Shown one piece after another: positions 36,730 to 46,264 of a stretch of DNA of 64,000 nt. This DNA is from Candidatus Omnitrophota bacterium. GTDB taxonomy: Bacteria > Omnitrophota > Gorgyraeia > Zapsychrales > Fredricksoniimonadaceae. The notes beneath the pieces are model-generated. The model ran no database searches. It was not told the origin of the DNA and saw nothing but the letters and a program-made list of their open reading frames with translations. Where the stretch lies: positions 5,475 to 69,474 of the forward strand of contig JBAXRK010000005.1 in assembly GCA_037131245.1 (NCBI GenBank), read 5' to 3'. Made by a program: the position numbers and the translations under genes. Every line of letters starts with the position of its first letter. Within the stretch, counting starts at the first letter, position 1.

Positions 36730-37128
36730 TCAACCTTTTCGTGCGGGGTGGAATCCGAATGGCAGTTTGGGCTTTGGTGGTGGTGTTGGCGGCTGAAGAA
36801 GTTTACGGATGGCGTCAAAGATGATCCTAAATTGCCTGTCGTATTTTGTTTCCAGTGTGTCGAGCCTTTGTTGAAGGTCTTTGTGGGTCAGCAGCAATTC
36901 CCGCAGTCTGGTAAATACCCTCATGATGTGAATGTTGACGGCAATGGCACGATCGCTGTTGAGAACGCTGGATAGCATGGCAACTCCTTGTTCAGTGAAA
37001 GCATAAGGCAAGGAATGGGAAAACTTAAGATCGTGAAGGTGGTCGCAATTTGCGACCACCTCGTTGACTTCCCGTCGTTTAAGTCGGAACATGAAATCTT
37101 CCGGGAAGCGAGAAGGATTCCTTTGATG
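36730..37128 (-). pseudogene. 5'-truncated ORF6N-domain (KilA-N-like) gene remnant
   Basis: Track ORF 36730..37092 matches the C-terminal two thirds of ORF6N proteins (LPYAFTEQGVAMLSSVLNSDRAIAVNIHIMRVF). Similarity (RNPSRFPEDFMF) continues upstream of the ATG to the comM stop codon. The N-terminal part of the domain is missing. GC looks lower than in the flanks. Confidence 0.55.
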
Positions 37129-38655
37129 TTAACCGTTAATCTTATCTAAGCATCTGTATCCGATAGCTTCCGCCAGATGTTCGGGTTTAATGTCGTTGGA
37201 GCCAGCCAGGTCGGCGATGGTCCGGGATATCTTTAATAATTTATCGTGGACTCTGGCCGATAGCCCGAGCGCGTCGACCGCTTCGTGCAGTAATTTCTTT
37301 CCTTCCTGGTCCAGCGGGCAGTGTGCCTTGATCTGTCGGGAAGACATTTGCGCGTTGGCGAAGATGCCGCTTCCCTTGAAGCGTTCGCTTTGCCTGGCGC
37401 GGGCTTTGGTGGTGCGTTCGCGGACGTCAACTGATGGCTCGCCGTCCGGTGCGCTTCCTAATTCACGCGCGGTGAGGGCGGGCACTTCCAGGTGGAGGTC
37501 GATGCGTTCCAGCAAGGGACCGGAGACTCTTCCTTTGTAGCGCGCCACATCGGCCGCGGCGCAGCGGCATTTACGCCTGGCGTCCATCAGGTGGCCACAT
37601 GGGCACGGATTCATTGCAGCGATCAGAAGAAAGCGGGCCGGGTAGCGCAGGGTGCGTGAGGCACGGGCGATCGTGACGCATTGGTCTTCCATGGGCTGGC
37701 GCAGGCCCTCGAGCGTGCCGCGCGCGAATTCGGGCAGTTCATCAAGGAACAGGATGCCGTTATGCGCGAGAGTGACTTCTCCTGGGCGTGGATCGGCACC
37801 TCCTCCGACAAGTGAAATATGCGAAGCACTATGGTGGGGTGTCCGCAGGGGCCGCTCGTGCATTAAGGTTTCGGCCGCGCGGCCGCCGGAGCGCGCGACA
37901 GAATAAATGCGGGTCACCTCCAGCGATTCTTCCATGGTCATGGGTGGCAGGATACCCGGCATGCGCCGGGCCAGCATGGTTTTTCCTCCTCCGGGCGGGC
38001 CGACCAAAAGGATATTATGCCCCCCGGCCGCTGCAACTTCCAACCCGCGTTTGGCGTGGGTTTGTCCTTTAACGTCGATGAGGTCCAGGGTTTCCGCGAG
38101 CCGCGTCGTCCCCATGTTATCGGCAATGAAAGCGGCCGTTTCAGCCGGCTTGGCCAGAAAAGCAATGACGTCAGGAAGGCCGGCGAACGGGAAGACGGGA
38201 ACGGTCCCGGCCAGCGCGCTTTCCCGGGAGTTGTTCGGCGGGACAATGAGCCCCCGCAGGCCCCGTCCGCCGCAGGCGATCGCGCAGGGCAGCGCGCCGG
38301 ACGCTCGCAGGAGGTTGCCGCTCAGCGACAGTTCACCCAGAAAGGCGAAGGCTTCCTGCCCGGTGGCGTCGATCTTTTCCGAGGCCGCCAGGATCCCGAT
38401 GGCGATAGGCAGGTCGAAGGCCGGTCCTTCCTTTTTCATGTCGGCCGGTGATAGATTGATGGTGATGCGGCCGCCCGGAAAATCGAAGCCGGCGTTCTTG
38501 ATGGCCGAGCGCACCCGTTCCTTGCTTTCCCTGACGGCACTATCGGGAAGGCCGACGATCTGCATGGACGGCAAACCGCGGGCCACGTCGACCTCGATGG
38601 TGACCGGGTAAGCGTCAATACCGTTGATACCGAAACTATGGACTTTGGCGAGCAC
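37129..38655 (-). CDS. comM: YifB/ComM-family Mg-chelatase-like AAA+ ATPase
   Basis: Track ORF 37129..38739; GTG 38655 preceded by AGGAGG; VLAKVHSFGINGIDAYPVTIEVDV N-terminus, Walker A GPPGGGKT, FLDELPEF, C-terminal ChlI-like domain. Confidence 0.85.
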   Translation of the reverse strand: MLAKVHSFGINGIDAYPVTIEVDVARGLPSMQIVGLPDSAVRESKERVRSAIKNAGFDFPGGRITINLSPADMKKEGPAFDLPIAIGILAASEKIDATGQEAFAFLGELSLSGNLLRASGALPCAIACGGRGLRGLIVPPNNSRESALAGTVPVFPFAGLPDVIAFLAKPAETAAFIADNMGTTRLAETLDLIDVKGQTHAKRGLEVAAAGGHNILLVGPPGGGKTMLARRMPGILPPMTMEESLEVTRIYSVARSGGRAAETLMHERPLRTPHHSASHISLVGGGADPRPGEVTLAHNGILFLDELPEFARGTLEGLRQPMEDQCVTIARASRTLRYPARFLLIAAMNPCPCGHLMDARRKCRCAAADVARYKGRVSGPLLERIDLHLEVPALTARELGSAPDGEPSVDVRERTTKARARQSERFKGSGIFANAQMSSRQIKAHCPLDQEGKKLLHEAVDALGLSARVHDKLLKISRTIADLAGSNDIKPEHLAEAIGYRCLDKING

Positions 38656-38779
38656 ACGAACCTCCTGGGTTTCTCGGAAACACAGGGGGCGTGTTTGGTG
38701 GAATGCTTTAAAACTATCACAGGCCCTAAAATAAAACAATGGCTTTTTTCATCGTCCTAAATATAATAGAGGCACTTTT

Positions 38780-39241
38780 ATGCATGACATCGACATTTCA
38801 GGGATTTTGTTCCAGTTTTCCCGCAATCGCATCCTGTGGGTGACCATTATTGTCTGGATCACCGGCCAGGGGATCAAAATCACGACCAATTTGTTGCGCG
38901 GCCGGCGGTTTAACTTTCGTTGGGTCATACGGACCGGCGGGATGCCATCGAGCCACGCGGCCGGCGTGACCGCGCTGGCGGTCTGCTGCGGGATGGAATA
39001 CGGGTTCCAATCGGGAATGTTCGCCCTTTCATCGGTTTTTGCCATGGTGACCATGTTCGATGCCCAGGGCGTGCGCCGTTCGGCGGGTGAGCAGGCCGAA
39101 GTTCTTAATAAGGTCATCGATGATATGTACTGGCATAAGAAAGTGGACGTGGGCCGTATCCGTGAGTTTGTCGGCCATTCGCCAATGCAGGTTTTGGCCG
39201 GGCTGGTCCTGGGTATGGGCATGGCGATCCTGTTGTTCTAA
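38780..39241 (+). CDS. divergent PAP2 (DUF212) family membrane protein
   Basis: GGMPSSHAAGVTAL and MFDAQGVRRSAGEQA motifs. Confidence 0.7.
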   Translation: MHDIDISGILFQFSRNRILWVTIIVWITGQGIKITTNLLRGRRFNFRWVIRTGGMPSSHAAGVTALAVCCGMEYGFQSGMFALSSVFAMVTMFDAQGVRRSAGEQAEVLNKVIDDMYWHKKVDVGRIREFVGHSPMQVLAGLVLGMGMAILLF

Positions 39242-39263
39242 CACGATAGTTATCGAGGGATAT

Positions 39264-40049
39264 ATGAAGAAAATGATCATGGTCCTGGCCTTGGCGGTAG
39301 CGCTGGCCGGTTGCAGTAAGGTCGACAAGGTGTTCAAGGCCCCGGCAACCCCGGTGGACGATAATTACAAGCAGGCTCAGTCGCTTCTGGCGGAGGGCAA
39401 GGTGCTTGAGGCCAAGGCGGCTTATGAGCAGCTGACCAACGAGCATCCGGACTTCAAGGATATCGAGCAGGCGCAAAAGGAGCTTTATGACCTTAACATG
39501 AAGCTTATTTTTTCTGATATCCCGACCCCGCAAGCTGTTATTCATGAGGTCAAGTCCGGCGATACGCTGGGCAAGATCTGCAAGCAGTACAATGTGACCA
39601 TGGAGCTGGTCAAAGAGTCTAACGGGATGAAGAGCGAAGTCGTCCGCCTGGGTCAGAAGCTCCGGATCTGGACGGGGAAGTTCAATGTTTATGTCGACAA
39701 GTCGCAGAATGTCCTGATGCTTAAAAGCGGCGAAGATGTGATCAAGGTTTATAACGTGTCAACGGGCGCGAACAATTCCACGCCGGTGGGGACGTTTAAG
39801 ATCACCACCAAGCTGGAGAACCCGGTGTGGTTCAAGGCCGGCGCGGTGATCCCGCCCGAAAGCCCCGAGAACGTCCTGGGTACCCGCTGGATGGGGTTCG
39901 ATAAAGAAGGTTACGGGATTCACGGTACGGTTGCGCCCGACAAGATCGGCCAGCAGGTGACGGCCGGTTGTATCCGCATGCGCAATGAGGAAGTGGAAGA
40001 GCTTTACAAGGTCCTGCCTCGCGGCACGGAAGTCACGATCGTCGATTGA
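39264..40049 (+). CDS. lipoprotein with LysM domain and YkuD-type L,D-transpeptidase domain
   Basis: Track ORF 39060..40049; ATG 39264 gives lipobox LALAGC; LysM (HEVKSGDTLGKICKQYNV); catalytic HGT...TAGCIRM. Confidence 0.8.
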   Translation: MKKMIMVLALAVALAGCSKVDKVFKAPATPVDDNYKQAQSLLAEGKVLEAKAAYEQLTNEHPDFKDIEQAQKELYDLNMKLIFSDIPTPQAVIHEVKSGDTLGKICKQYNVTMELVKESNGMKSEVVRLGQKLRIWTGKFNVYVDKSQNVLMLKSGEDVIKVYNVSTGANNSTPVGTFKITTKLENPVWFKAGAVIPPESPENVLGTRWMGFDKEGYGIHGTVAPDKIGQQVTAGCIRMRNEEVEELYKVLPRGTEVTIVD

Positions 40050-40080
40050 AGGGCCTTTTAACATCAGACCGAGGTTGAAT

Positions 40081-41043
40081 ATGAGTTCCATGCAGTTTGA
40101 GAAACCTATAGATGATATTCAGAACAAGATCGCGGAATTGCGCAAGCTGTCCAACGGGCACGCGGATTTTACCGCTGAGATCCAGAAACTGGAGCAGAAG
40201 ATGGGTTCTGTGCGTGAAAAAGTTTACAGTTCGCTTTCCTCCTGGCAGCGTATTCAGATCGCGCGCCATCCCAAGCGCCCCTATACGCTGGATTATATCA
40301 GCATGATGACGACCGACTTTGTGGAGATCCATGGCGATCGTTTGTTCGCCGATGATTTTGCGATGATCACCGGTTTCGCCAAGATCGATGACGAGATGGT
40401 GGTTGTCATCGGCCATCAGAAAGGGCGCGATACCTCCGAGAACGTGAAACGTAATTTTGGCTGTGCTCATCCGGAAGGCTACCGTAAGGCCATGCGCGCG
40501 ATGCGCCTGGCCGAGAAATTCGGCCTGCCGGTGGTTGTTTTTATTGATACGCCCGGCGCCTATCCAGGCATCGGCGCCGAGGAGCGCGGGCAGGCCCAGG
40601 CTATTGCCGAGAACTTGCGCGATATGGCGGGGCTTAAGACGCCGATCGTCGCGACGGTCATCGGTGAGGGTGGCAGTGGCGGTGCTTTGGGTGTCGGTGT
40701 GGCCGATTATGTGATGATCCTGCAGAACGCGTATTATTCCGTTATTTCTCCCGAGGGTTGCGCGTCCATTCTTTGGCGCAGCGCCACCAAGGCCCCGGAA
40801 GCGTCCGAAGCGTTGAAACTTACCGGCGAGCATTTGATCAAGTTCGGTATTGTTGATGAGATCATTCCCGAGCCGCTGGGCGGGGCGCATCATGACCCGC
40901 AGGCGGTGGTGAGCACGCTCAAGAGCGCGATCCTCAAGCAGCTCAAGCGCCTGGGCGGCCTTAAGGAAAAGGACCTGCTGGAAGCGCGCTATGATAAATT
41001 CCGCGCGATCGGCCAGTTTACGACCGTTGGTGCAAAAGCCTAG
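40081..41043 (+). CDS. accA: acetyl-CoA carboxylase carboxyltransferase alpha subunit
   Basis: Track ORF 39985..41043; ATG 40081; RHPKRPYTLDYI, IDTPGAYPG, GEGGSGGAL. Confidence 0.9.
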   Translation: MSSMQFEKPIDDIQNKIAELRKLSNGHADFTAEIQKLEQKMGSVREKVYSSLSSWQRIQIARHPKRPYTLDYISMMTTDFVEIHGDRLFADDFAMITGFAKIDDEMVVVIGHQKGRDTSENVKRNFGCAHPEGYRKAMRAMRLAEKFGLPVVVFIDTPGAYPGIGAEERGQAQAIAENLRDMAGLKTPIVATVIGEGGSGGALGVGVADYVMILQNAYYSVISPEGCASILWRSATKAPEASEALKLTGEHLIKFGIVDEIIPEPLGGAHHDPQAVVSTLKSAILKQLKRLGGLKEKDLLEARYDKFRAIGQFTTVGAKA

Positions 41044-42075
41044 ATGGCGGATATCTATTCCCTGTCCTTAACCGAGCTTACCGCCCGTTTTGCCGCCATG
41101 GGGGAGCCGGTTTTCCGTGCCAAACAGCTTTTCGACTGGCTTTACGTCAAGAAAGCCTCTTCTTTTGATATCATGTCCTCTTTTTCCCGTCCGTTACGGG
41201 AGAAACTCGCGGCCATGTTCCCTTTTCCGGTTTTAAAAGAGCACGCGCGCCATGTGGCACTTGATGGCACGGTCAAATTCCTTTTCGAGATGGCTGACGG
41301 CCAGCGGGTGGAGACGGTTTATATCCCGACGGCCAAAAGGGGCACGTTGTGCGTGTCTTCCCAGGCGGGTTGCAAGTTCAGCTGTGGTTTTTGCGCGAGC
41401 GGACTCGGCGGTTTCGCGCGTAACCTGACGACCGGCGAGATCATGGGCGAAGTGCTTGGCGCGATGCGGGCGGTCCATCCGAAGAAAGTGACCCATATCG
41501 TTTTTATGGGTACCGGCGAGCCTTTTGATAATTACGATCATGTGCTCAAGGCGGTGCGTTTGCTTAACGCGAAGGAAGGGATCAATATCGCGGCCCGGCG
41601 CATCACCATCTCGACGTGCGGGGTTATTCCCGGCATCGAGCGCTTCGCGACGGAAAAGATCCAGGTGGAGCTGTGTGTCTCATTGCACGCCTCCAACGAC
41701 CTGATGCGCGCGAAGATCATGCCGGTTAATGCGAAGTACCCGCTCAAGGATTTGATGGCGGTATGCCGCCGTTACGCGAAAGTGACTGGCAGACAGGTCA
41801 CTTTTGAGTATATACTTATAAAGGATTTGACCTGTACGGCGGACGCGGCGCGCGAGCTGATAGCCCTGATGAAGGGGTGGCTCAGCAAGGTTAATCTGAT
41901 ACCGTACAATCCGGTCAAGGAATTCGTTCACCGGCCGCCGACAGCGGCCGAAGCGCAAAAGTTCAAGGATGCGGTCGAGCGCGGCGGGGTGGTGTGCACC
42001 CTGCGGTCTCCCCGCGGTGATGATGTATCGGCGGCTTGCGGACAGCTTCGTAATTCAACCAGGGGGGCGGCATGA
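41044..42075 (+). CDS. rlmN: 23S rRNA/tRNA adenine-C2 methyltransferase RlmN (radical SAM)
   Basis: FRAKQLFDWLY N-terminus, CVSSQAGCKFSCGFCASG cluster, conserved C-terminal GDDVSAACGQL. Confidence 0.9.
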   Translation: MADIYSLSLTELTARFAAMGEPVFRAKQLFDWLYVKKASSFDIMSSFSRPLREKLAAMFPFPVLKEHARHVALDGTVKFLFEMADGQRVETVYIPTAKRGTLCVSSQAGCKFSCGFCASGLGGFARNLTTGEIMGEVLGAMRAVHPKKVTHIVFMGTGEPFDNYDHVLKAVRLLNAKEGINIAARRITISTCGVIPGIERFATEKIQVELCVSLHASNDLMRAKIMPVNAKYPLKDLMAVCRRYAKVTGRQVTFEYILIKDLTCTADAARELIALMKGWLSKVNLIPYNPVKEFVHRPPTAAEAQKFKDAVERGGVVCTLRSPRGDDVSAACGQLRNSTRGAA

Positions 42076-42578
42076 GAACATTTTTTTTCAGTATCCTGAT
42101 GGTGGCGTTGGCAACGGCGTCGGCTTCGGCCGCTACGCTTGACCGGGTCCTTAAATTGAAAGACGGATCGACGGTCCAGGGCCGGGTTATCGGACTGGAT
42201 AAAGGGGTCTTCACGATCCAAACGACAGCGTTGGGAGAATTGCGTATCAAGGAAGATGATGTGGTTTCCCTGACCGCCCCGAAGGCGCCGCCGGCCGAAG
42301 GGTTGGGGGATGTTGAGGAAATGCGCAAACAAGGCGACGCCGGGATGGAGGCGATGCAAGCCAAGATCATGGCCGATCCGGATATCATGGCCCAGGTCCA
42401 GGAAATTGCCAGCGACCCGGAAATTGCCGGGATCATGTCGGACCCTCTTTTTATGAAGGCGGCTCAGAATAAGGATTCCGTGGCGTTGCAGGCTAATCCG
42501 CGCACGCTTCAGTTGATGCAGAATCCCAAGGTAAAGGCCCTGCTGGAGAAACTTCAGGCTGCTAATGCCGCCAAATAA
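42072..42578 (+). CDS. secreted protein with C-terminal STI1/DP-like helical domain
   Basis: Signal peptide MRTFFFSILMVALATASASA/A; C-terminal DPEIAGIMSDPLFMKA...LMQNPKVKALLEKLQ resembles Hop/Sti1 DP (STI1) repeats; ATGA overlap with rlmN. Confidence 0.5.
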   Translation: MRTFFFSILMVALATASASAATLDRVLKLKDGSTVQGRVIGLDKGVFTIQTTALGELRIKEDDVVSLTAPKAPPAEGLGDVEEMRKQGDAGMEAMQAKIMADPDIMAQVQEIASDPEIAGIMSDPLFMKAAQNKDSVALQANPRTLQLMQNPKVKALLEKLQAANAAK

Positions 42579-42597
42579 GCGGTATTTTTAAAAAAGT

Positions 42598-42625
42598 TGC
42601 CCCTTTCTCAATTTTTGTTATAATC
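42598..42625 (+). promoter_or_regulatory. sigma70-type promoter candidate for gap (TTGCCC, 16 nt spacer, TGtTATAAT)
   Basis: -35 TTGCCC 42598..42603, extended -10 TGT+TATAAT 42617..42625, about 80 nt upstream of the gap ATG, which has an AAGGAGAG Shine-Dalgarno. Confidence 0.5.
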
Positions 42626-42639
42626 CATCCCGAACTTAA

Positions 42640-43770
<1,131 letters not shown>

Positions 43771-43794
43771 CGGTTCTTAATGTTTTGTCCAAAT

Positions 43795-43827
43795 AAAGAA
43801 GGGCGGCCACAGTGGTCGTCCTTCTTT
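43795..43827 (+). terminator. stem-loop downstream of gap (intrinsic-terminator candidate)
   Basis: aaagaagggcggcca-cag-tggtcgtccttcttt: 15-bp stem (13 Watson-Crick plus 2 G-U), 3-nt loop; T-run forms the 3' arm. Confidence 0.5.
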
Positions 43828-43828
43828 A

Positions 43829-43837
43829 TGGTATAAT
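43829..43837 (+). promoter_or_regulatory. extended -10 promoter candidate (TGgTATAAT) for metF
   Basis: TATAAT 43832..43837 with TG at 43829..43830; only 8 nt separate it from the metF ATG (43846); no Shine-Dalgarno in between. Confidence 0.35.
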
Positions 43838-43845
43838 TCCCTAAT

Positions 43846-44718
43846 ATGCGCAAACTAACTGAAATTTTTGAGAACAAATCGCGGACTTTTTCTTTCGAGA
43901 TCTTCCCCCCCAAGACGGATAAGGGCCTGGAGTCGCTTAAGGCGTCCCTGGTCGAATTGGCGCGCTTGCCGTTCGATTTTGTCTCCGTGACCTATGGCGC
44001 CGGCGGGTCGAGCCGCGATACGACCTCTGCGCTTGTCCGTTCGGTTCAGAAAGAGTTCGGTTTGCCGGCGGTTCATCATTTTACGTGCGTTCTTCATACC
44101 CGCGCGCAGGTCAAGGCGATCCTCGATGATCTCAAAGCCTCGGATATCCATAACCTCCTCGCGCTGCGCGGCGATCCGCCCAAAGACGCACCTGACTGGG
44201 TGGCCGGCCCCGAAAATTTCAAATACAGTTCGGAACTGGTGGCCTTCATCCGTCAGCATTACGGCGATCATTTCGCGGTGGGCGTGGCCGGTTTCCCTGA
44301 GGGGCATCTGTTGGCGCCCGACCGGGATTTTGACGCGCAGATTCTCAGGAAAAAGATCGAGGCTGGCGGTGACTTTGTGATGACCCAGCTTTTTTTTGAT
44401 AATGCCCTTTATTTTGATTATGTAAAGCGTCTGCGCGCTCTGGATGTTAACGCGCGGGTGATCCCCGGTATCCTGCCGATCACGAATTACGAGGGGGCGG
44501 TTAATTTTTGTAAGGGCTGCGGCGCGTCCGTTCCGCAAAAGGTCCATGATATTTTCGCTCCCATCGCCGGGGATAAAGATAAGACGTTGGCCGCGGGGAC
44601 GCAGTTCGCTATTGACCAGTGTCGCGAACTGCTGGCAGGGGGCGCGCCGGGAATTCATTTTTACACACTCAACAAGGTTGAGCCGGTGCGCGGGATATTG
44701 ACGGCTTTATTGTCTTAA
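43846..44718 (+). CDS. metF: 5,10-methylenetetrahydrofolate reductase
   Basis: FSFEIFPPKT, VTYGAGGS, LALRGDPP, FFD motif series. Confidence 0.88.
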   Translation: MRKLTEIFENKSRTFSFEIFPPKTDKGLESLKASLVELARLPFDFVSVTYGAGGSSRDTTSALVRSVQKEFGLPAVHHFTCVLHTRAQVKAILDDLKASDIHNLLALRGDPPKDAPDWVAGPENFKYSSELVAFIRQHYGDHFAVGVAGFPEGHLLAPDRDFDAQILRKKIEAGGDFVMTQLFFDNALYFDYVKRLRALDVNARVIPGILPITNYEGAVNFCKGCGASVPQKVHDIFAPIAGDKDKTLAAGTQFAIDQCRELLAGGAPGIHFYTLNKVEPVRGILTALLS

Positions 44719-44750
44719 GGGTTCGTTTGGAACGCTAAAGGGGAATATTA

Positions 44751-45671
44751 ATGGCTGTGATATCGATCGTGGTTCCGGTTTACAGGGCCGAGGATTGTTT
44801 GCCTGAACTTTATCGGCGCCTGAAAGAATCCCTTCACACGATCTCGGATGATTTCGAGATCGTTTTGGTCGAGGATGCCAGTCCCGACCATTCGTGGGAC
44901 GTTATTGCCGGCTTGGCACGCGCCGATAAGCGGGTGAAAGGCGTGCGCCTCAGCCGGAACTTTGGCCAGCACTATGCCATCACGGCCGGGCTCGATCATT
45001 GCGACGGAGACTGGATCGTGGTCATGGATTGCGACCTTCAGGACCGGCCCGAAGAGATCCCTCGCTTGTACCGCAAGGCGCTGGAAGGTTACGATGTCGT
45101 CCTGGCGGTCAGGACCGGGCGGCGTGATAGCCCGATGAAGTGTTTGACCTCCTGGCTTTTTTATAAATTCTTCAGTTACCTTTCTGATATTGATTATGAT
45201 CCGCGCGTGGGCAATTTTCGTATCATTTCCCGTCGTGTCCGGCAGAATCTTCTGCTGATCCGTGAGCGGTTGCGCTTTTTTGGCGGGATGGTCAAATGGG
45301 TGGGGTTTAGCACGGCCAGCATTGAGGTCGACCACGCGTCGCGCTTCAAGGGGGAAACCACCTATACCTTCAGGAAGCTTCTGACCCTTACCATGGATAT
45401 CATTATCGCTTATTCCGACAAGCCGCTGCGGATCACCATTGGATTTGGTTTTATGATGGCGTTGTTCTCTTTTATTATGGGGTGTCACATCATGTTGCGG
45501 GCGCTGATCCACGCCTCGCCGGTGGCAGGTTGGAGCAGCCTGATCGTGTCCCTGTATTTTATCGGCGGGATCATCATTTTCATCCTGGGCATTATCGGGA
45601 TCTATCTTGGTAAAACGTTCGATGAGGCCAAGAAACGGCCTCTGTATATCGTCATGGATGTAACGTTTTAA
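44751..45671 (+). CDS. GT2 polyprenyl-phosphate glycosyltransferase (ArnC/GtrB-like)
   Basis: ISIVVPVYRAE, LVEDASPD, SRNFGQHYAITAG, MDCDLQDRPEE, two C-terminal TM helices, IIGIYLGKTFDEAKKRPLY tail. Confidence 0.8.
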   Translation: MAVISIVVPVYRAEDCLPELYRRLKESLHTISDDFEIVLVEDASPDHSWDVIAGLARADKRVKGVRLSRNFGQHYAITAGLDHCDGDWIVVMDCDLQDRPEEIPRLYRKALEGYDVVLAVRTGRRDSPMKCLTSWLFYKFFSYLSDIDYDPRVGNFRIISRRVRQNLLLIRERLRFFGGMVKWVGFSTASIEVDHASRFKGETTYTFRKLLTLTMDIIIAYSDKPLRITIGFGFMMALFSFIMGCHIMLRALIHASPVAGWSSLIVSLYFIGGIIIFILGIIGIYLGKTFDEAKKRPLYIVMDVTF

Positions 45672-45700
45672 CAGTCGCTTGCGCGGCGGGAGCACCAACG

Positions 45701-46264
45701 ATGGCTTATTACGATGAGACACAATTGAAAGCTCTGGGGTTCAAGCGCCTGGGCAAGAATGTAAAGATAAGCACCCACGCGAGCATTTATAATGCTGAGA
45801 TGATCGAGGTCGGCGATCATTCCCGGGTGGACGATTTCTGTTTGTTGTCAGGAAAGATCACGATCGGGAAGTTTGTGCATGTGGCGCCCTACTGCAATAT
45901 GGCGGGTGGTGAAAAAGGGATCGTCATGGAAGATTTTTCCGGACTGGCTTATGGCGTGCAGGTCTTTACCCAGTCGGATGATTACAGCGGCAAGACCCTC
46001 ACAAATCCTACCGTCCCGGACCGTTTCAAGAATGAAACCAAGAAAGAGATCCTGATCCGGCGGCATTCTATTGTAGGCACCGGCTCGGTTATTCTGCCCG
46101 GGGTCACGTTGGAGGAAGGCACGTCGGTCGGGGCGATGTCACTGGTCAGGAAATCAACCCAGGCCTGGGGCATTTACATGGGGAATCCGGCGAAGCGGAT
46201 CATGGAAAGGCACCGCGACCTGCTGGCTCTTGAAGAGGAATTCTTGAAAGGCCCCGCGTGTTGA
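45701..46264 (+). CDS. left-handed beta-helix (hexapeptide) acyltransferase, amino-sugar N-acyltransferase-like (VioB-type)
   Basis: Hexapeptide repeats (IGDHSRVDDFCLLSGKITIGKFVHVA; IVGTGSVILPGVTLEEGTSVGAMSLV); located next to the wecE-like gene. Confidence 0.65.
   Translation: MAYYDETQLKALGFKRLGKNVKISTHASIYNAEMIEVGDHSRVDDFCLLSGKITIGKFVHVAPYCNMAGGEKGIVMEDFSGLAYGVQVFTQSDDYSGKTLTNPTVPDRFKNETKKEILIRRHSIVGTGSVILPGVTLEEGTSVGAMSLVRKSTQAWGIYMGNPAKRIMERHRDLLALEEEFLKGPAC

Noticed and set aside
36721-36733. Imperfect direct repeat TAAT(T)CTTATC(T)AA shared with 37137..37149, considered as att-like sites flanking the ORF6N remnant
   Set aside because: Only about 12 matching AT-rich bases, with one indel in each copy. 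That is too weak to call att sites without comparative data, so it is mentioned only as supporting context in the comM/ORF6N finding.
37037-37061. Perfect 11-bp inverted repeat with 3-nt loop (aggtggtcgca-att-tgcgaccacct)
   Set aside because: It lies inside the ORF6N remnant and encodes the conserved VVANCDHL segment typical of that family. It is most simply a by-product of coding sequence and shows no terminator context.
38762-38779. TATAAT at 38762..38767 upstream of the PAP2-like gene, considered as a second leaderless promoter
   Set aside because: An AGAGG Shine-Dalgarno-like element lies between it and the ATG at conventional spacing. The two readings conflict and neither can be favoured from sequence.
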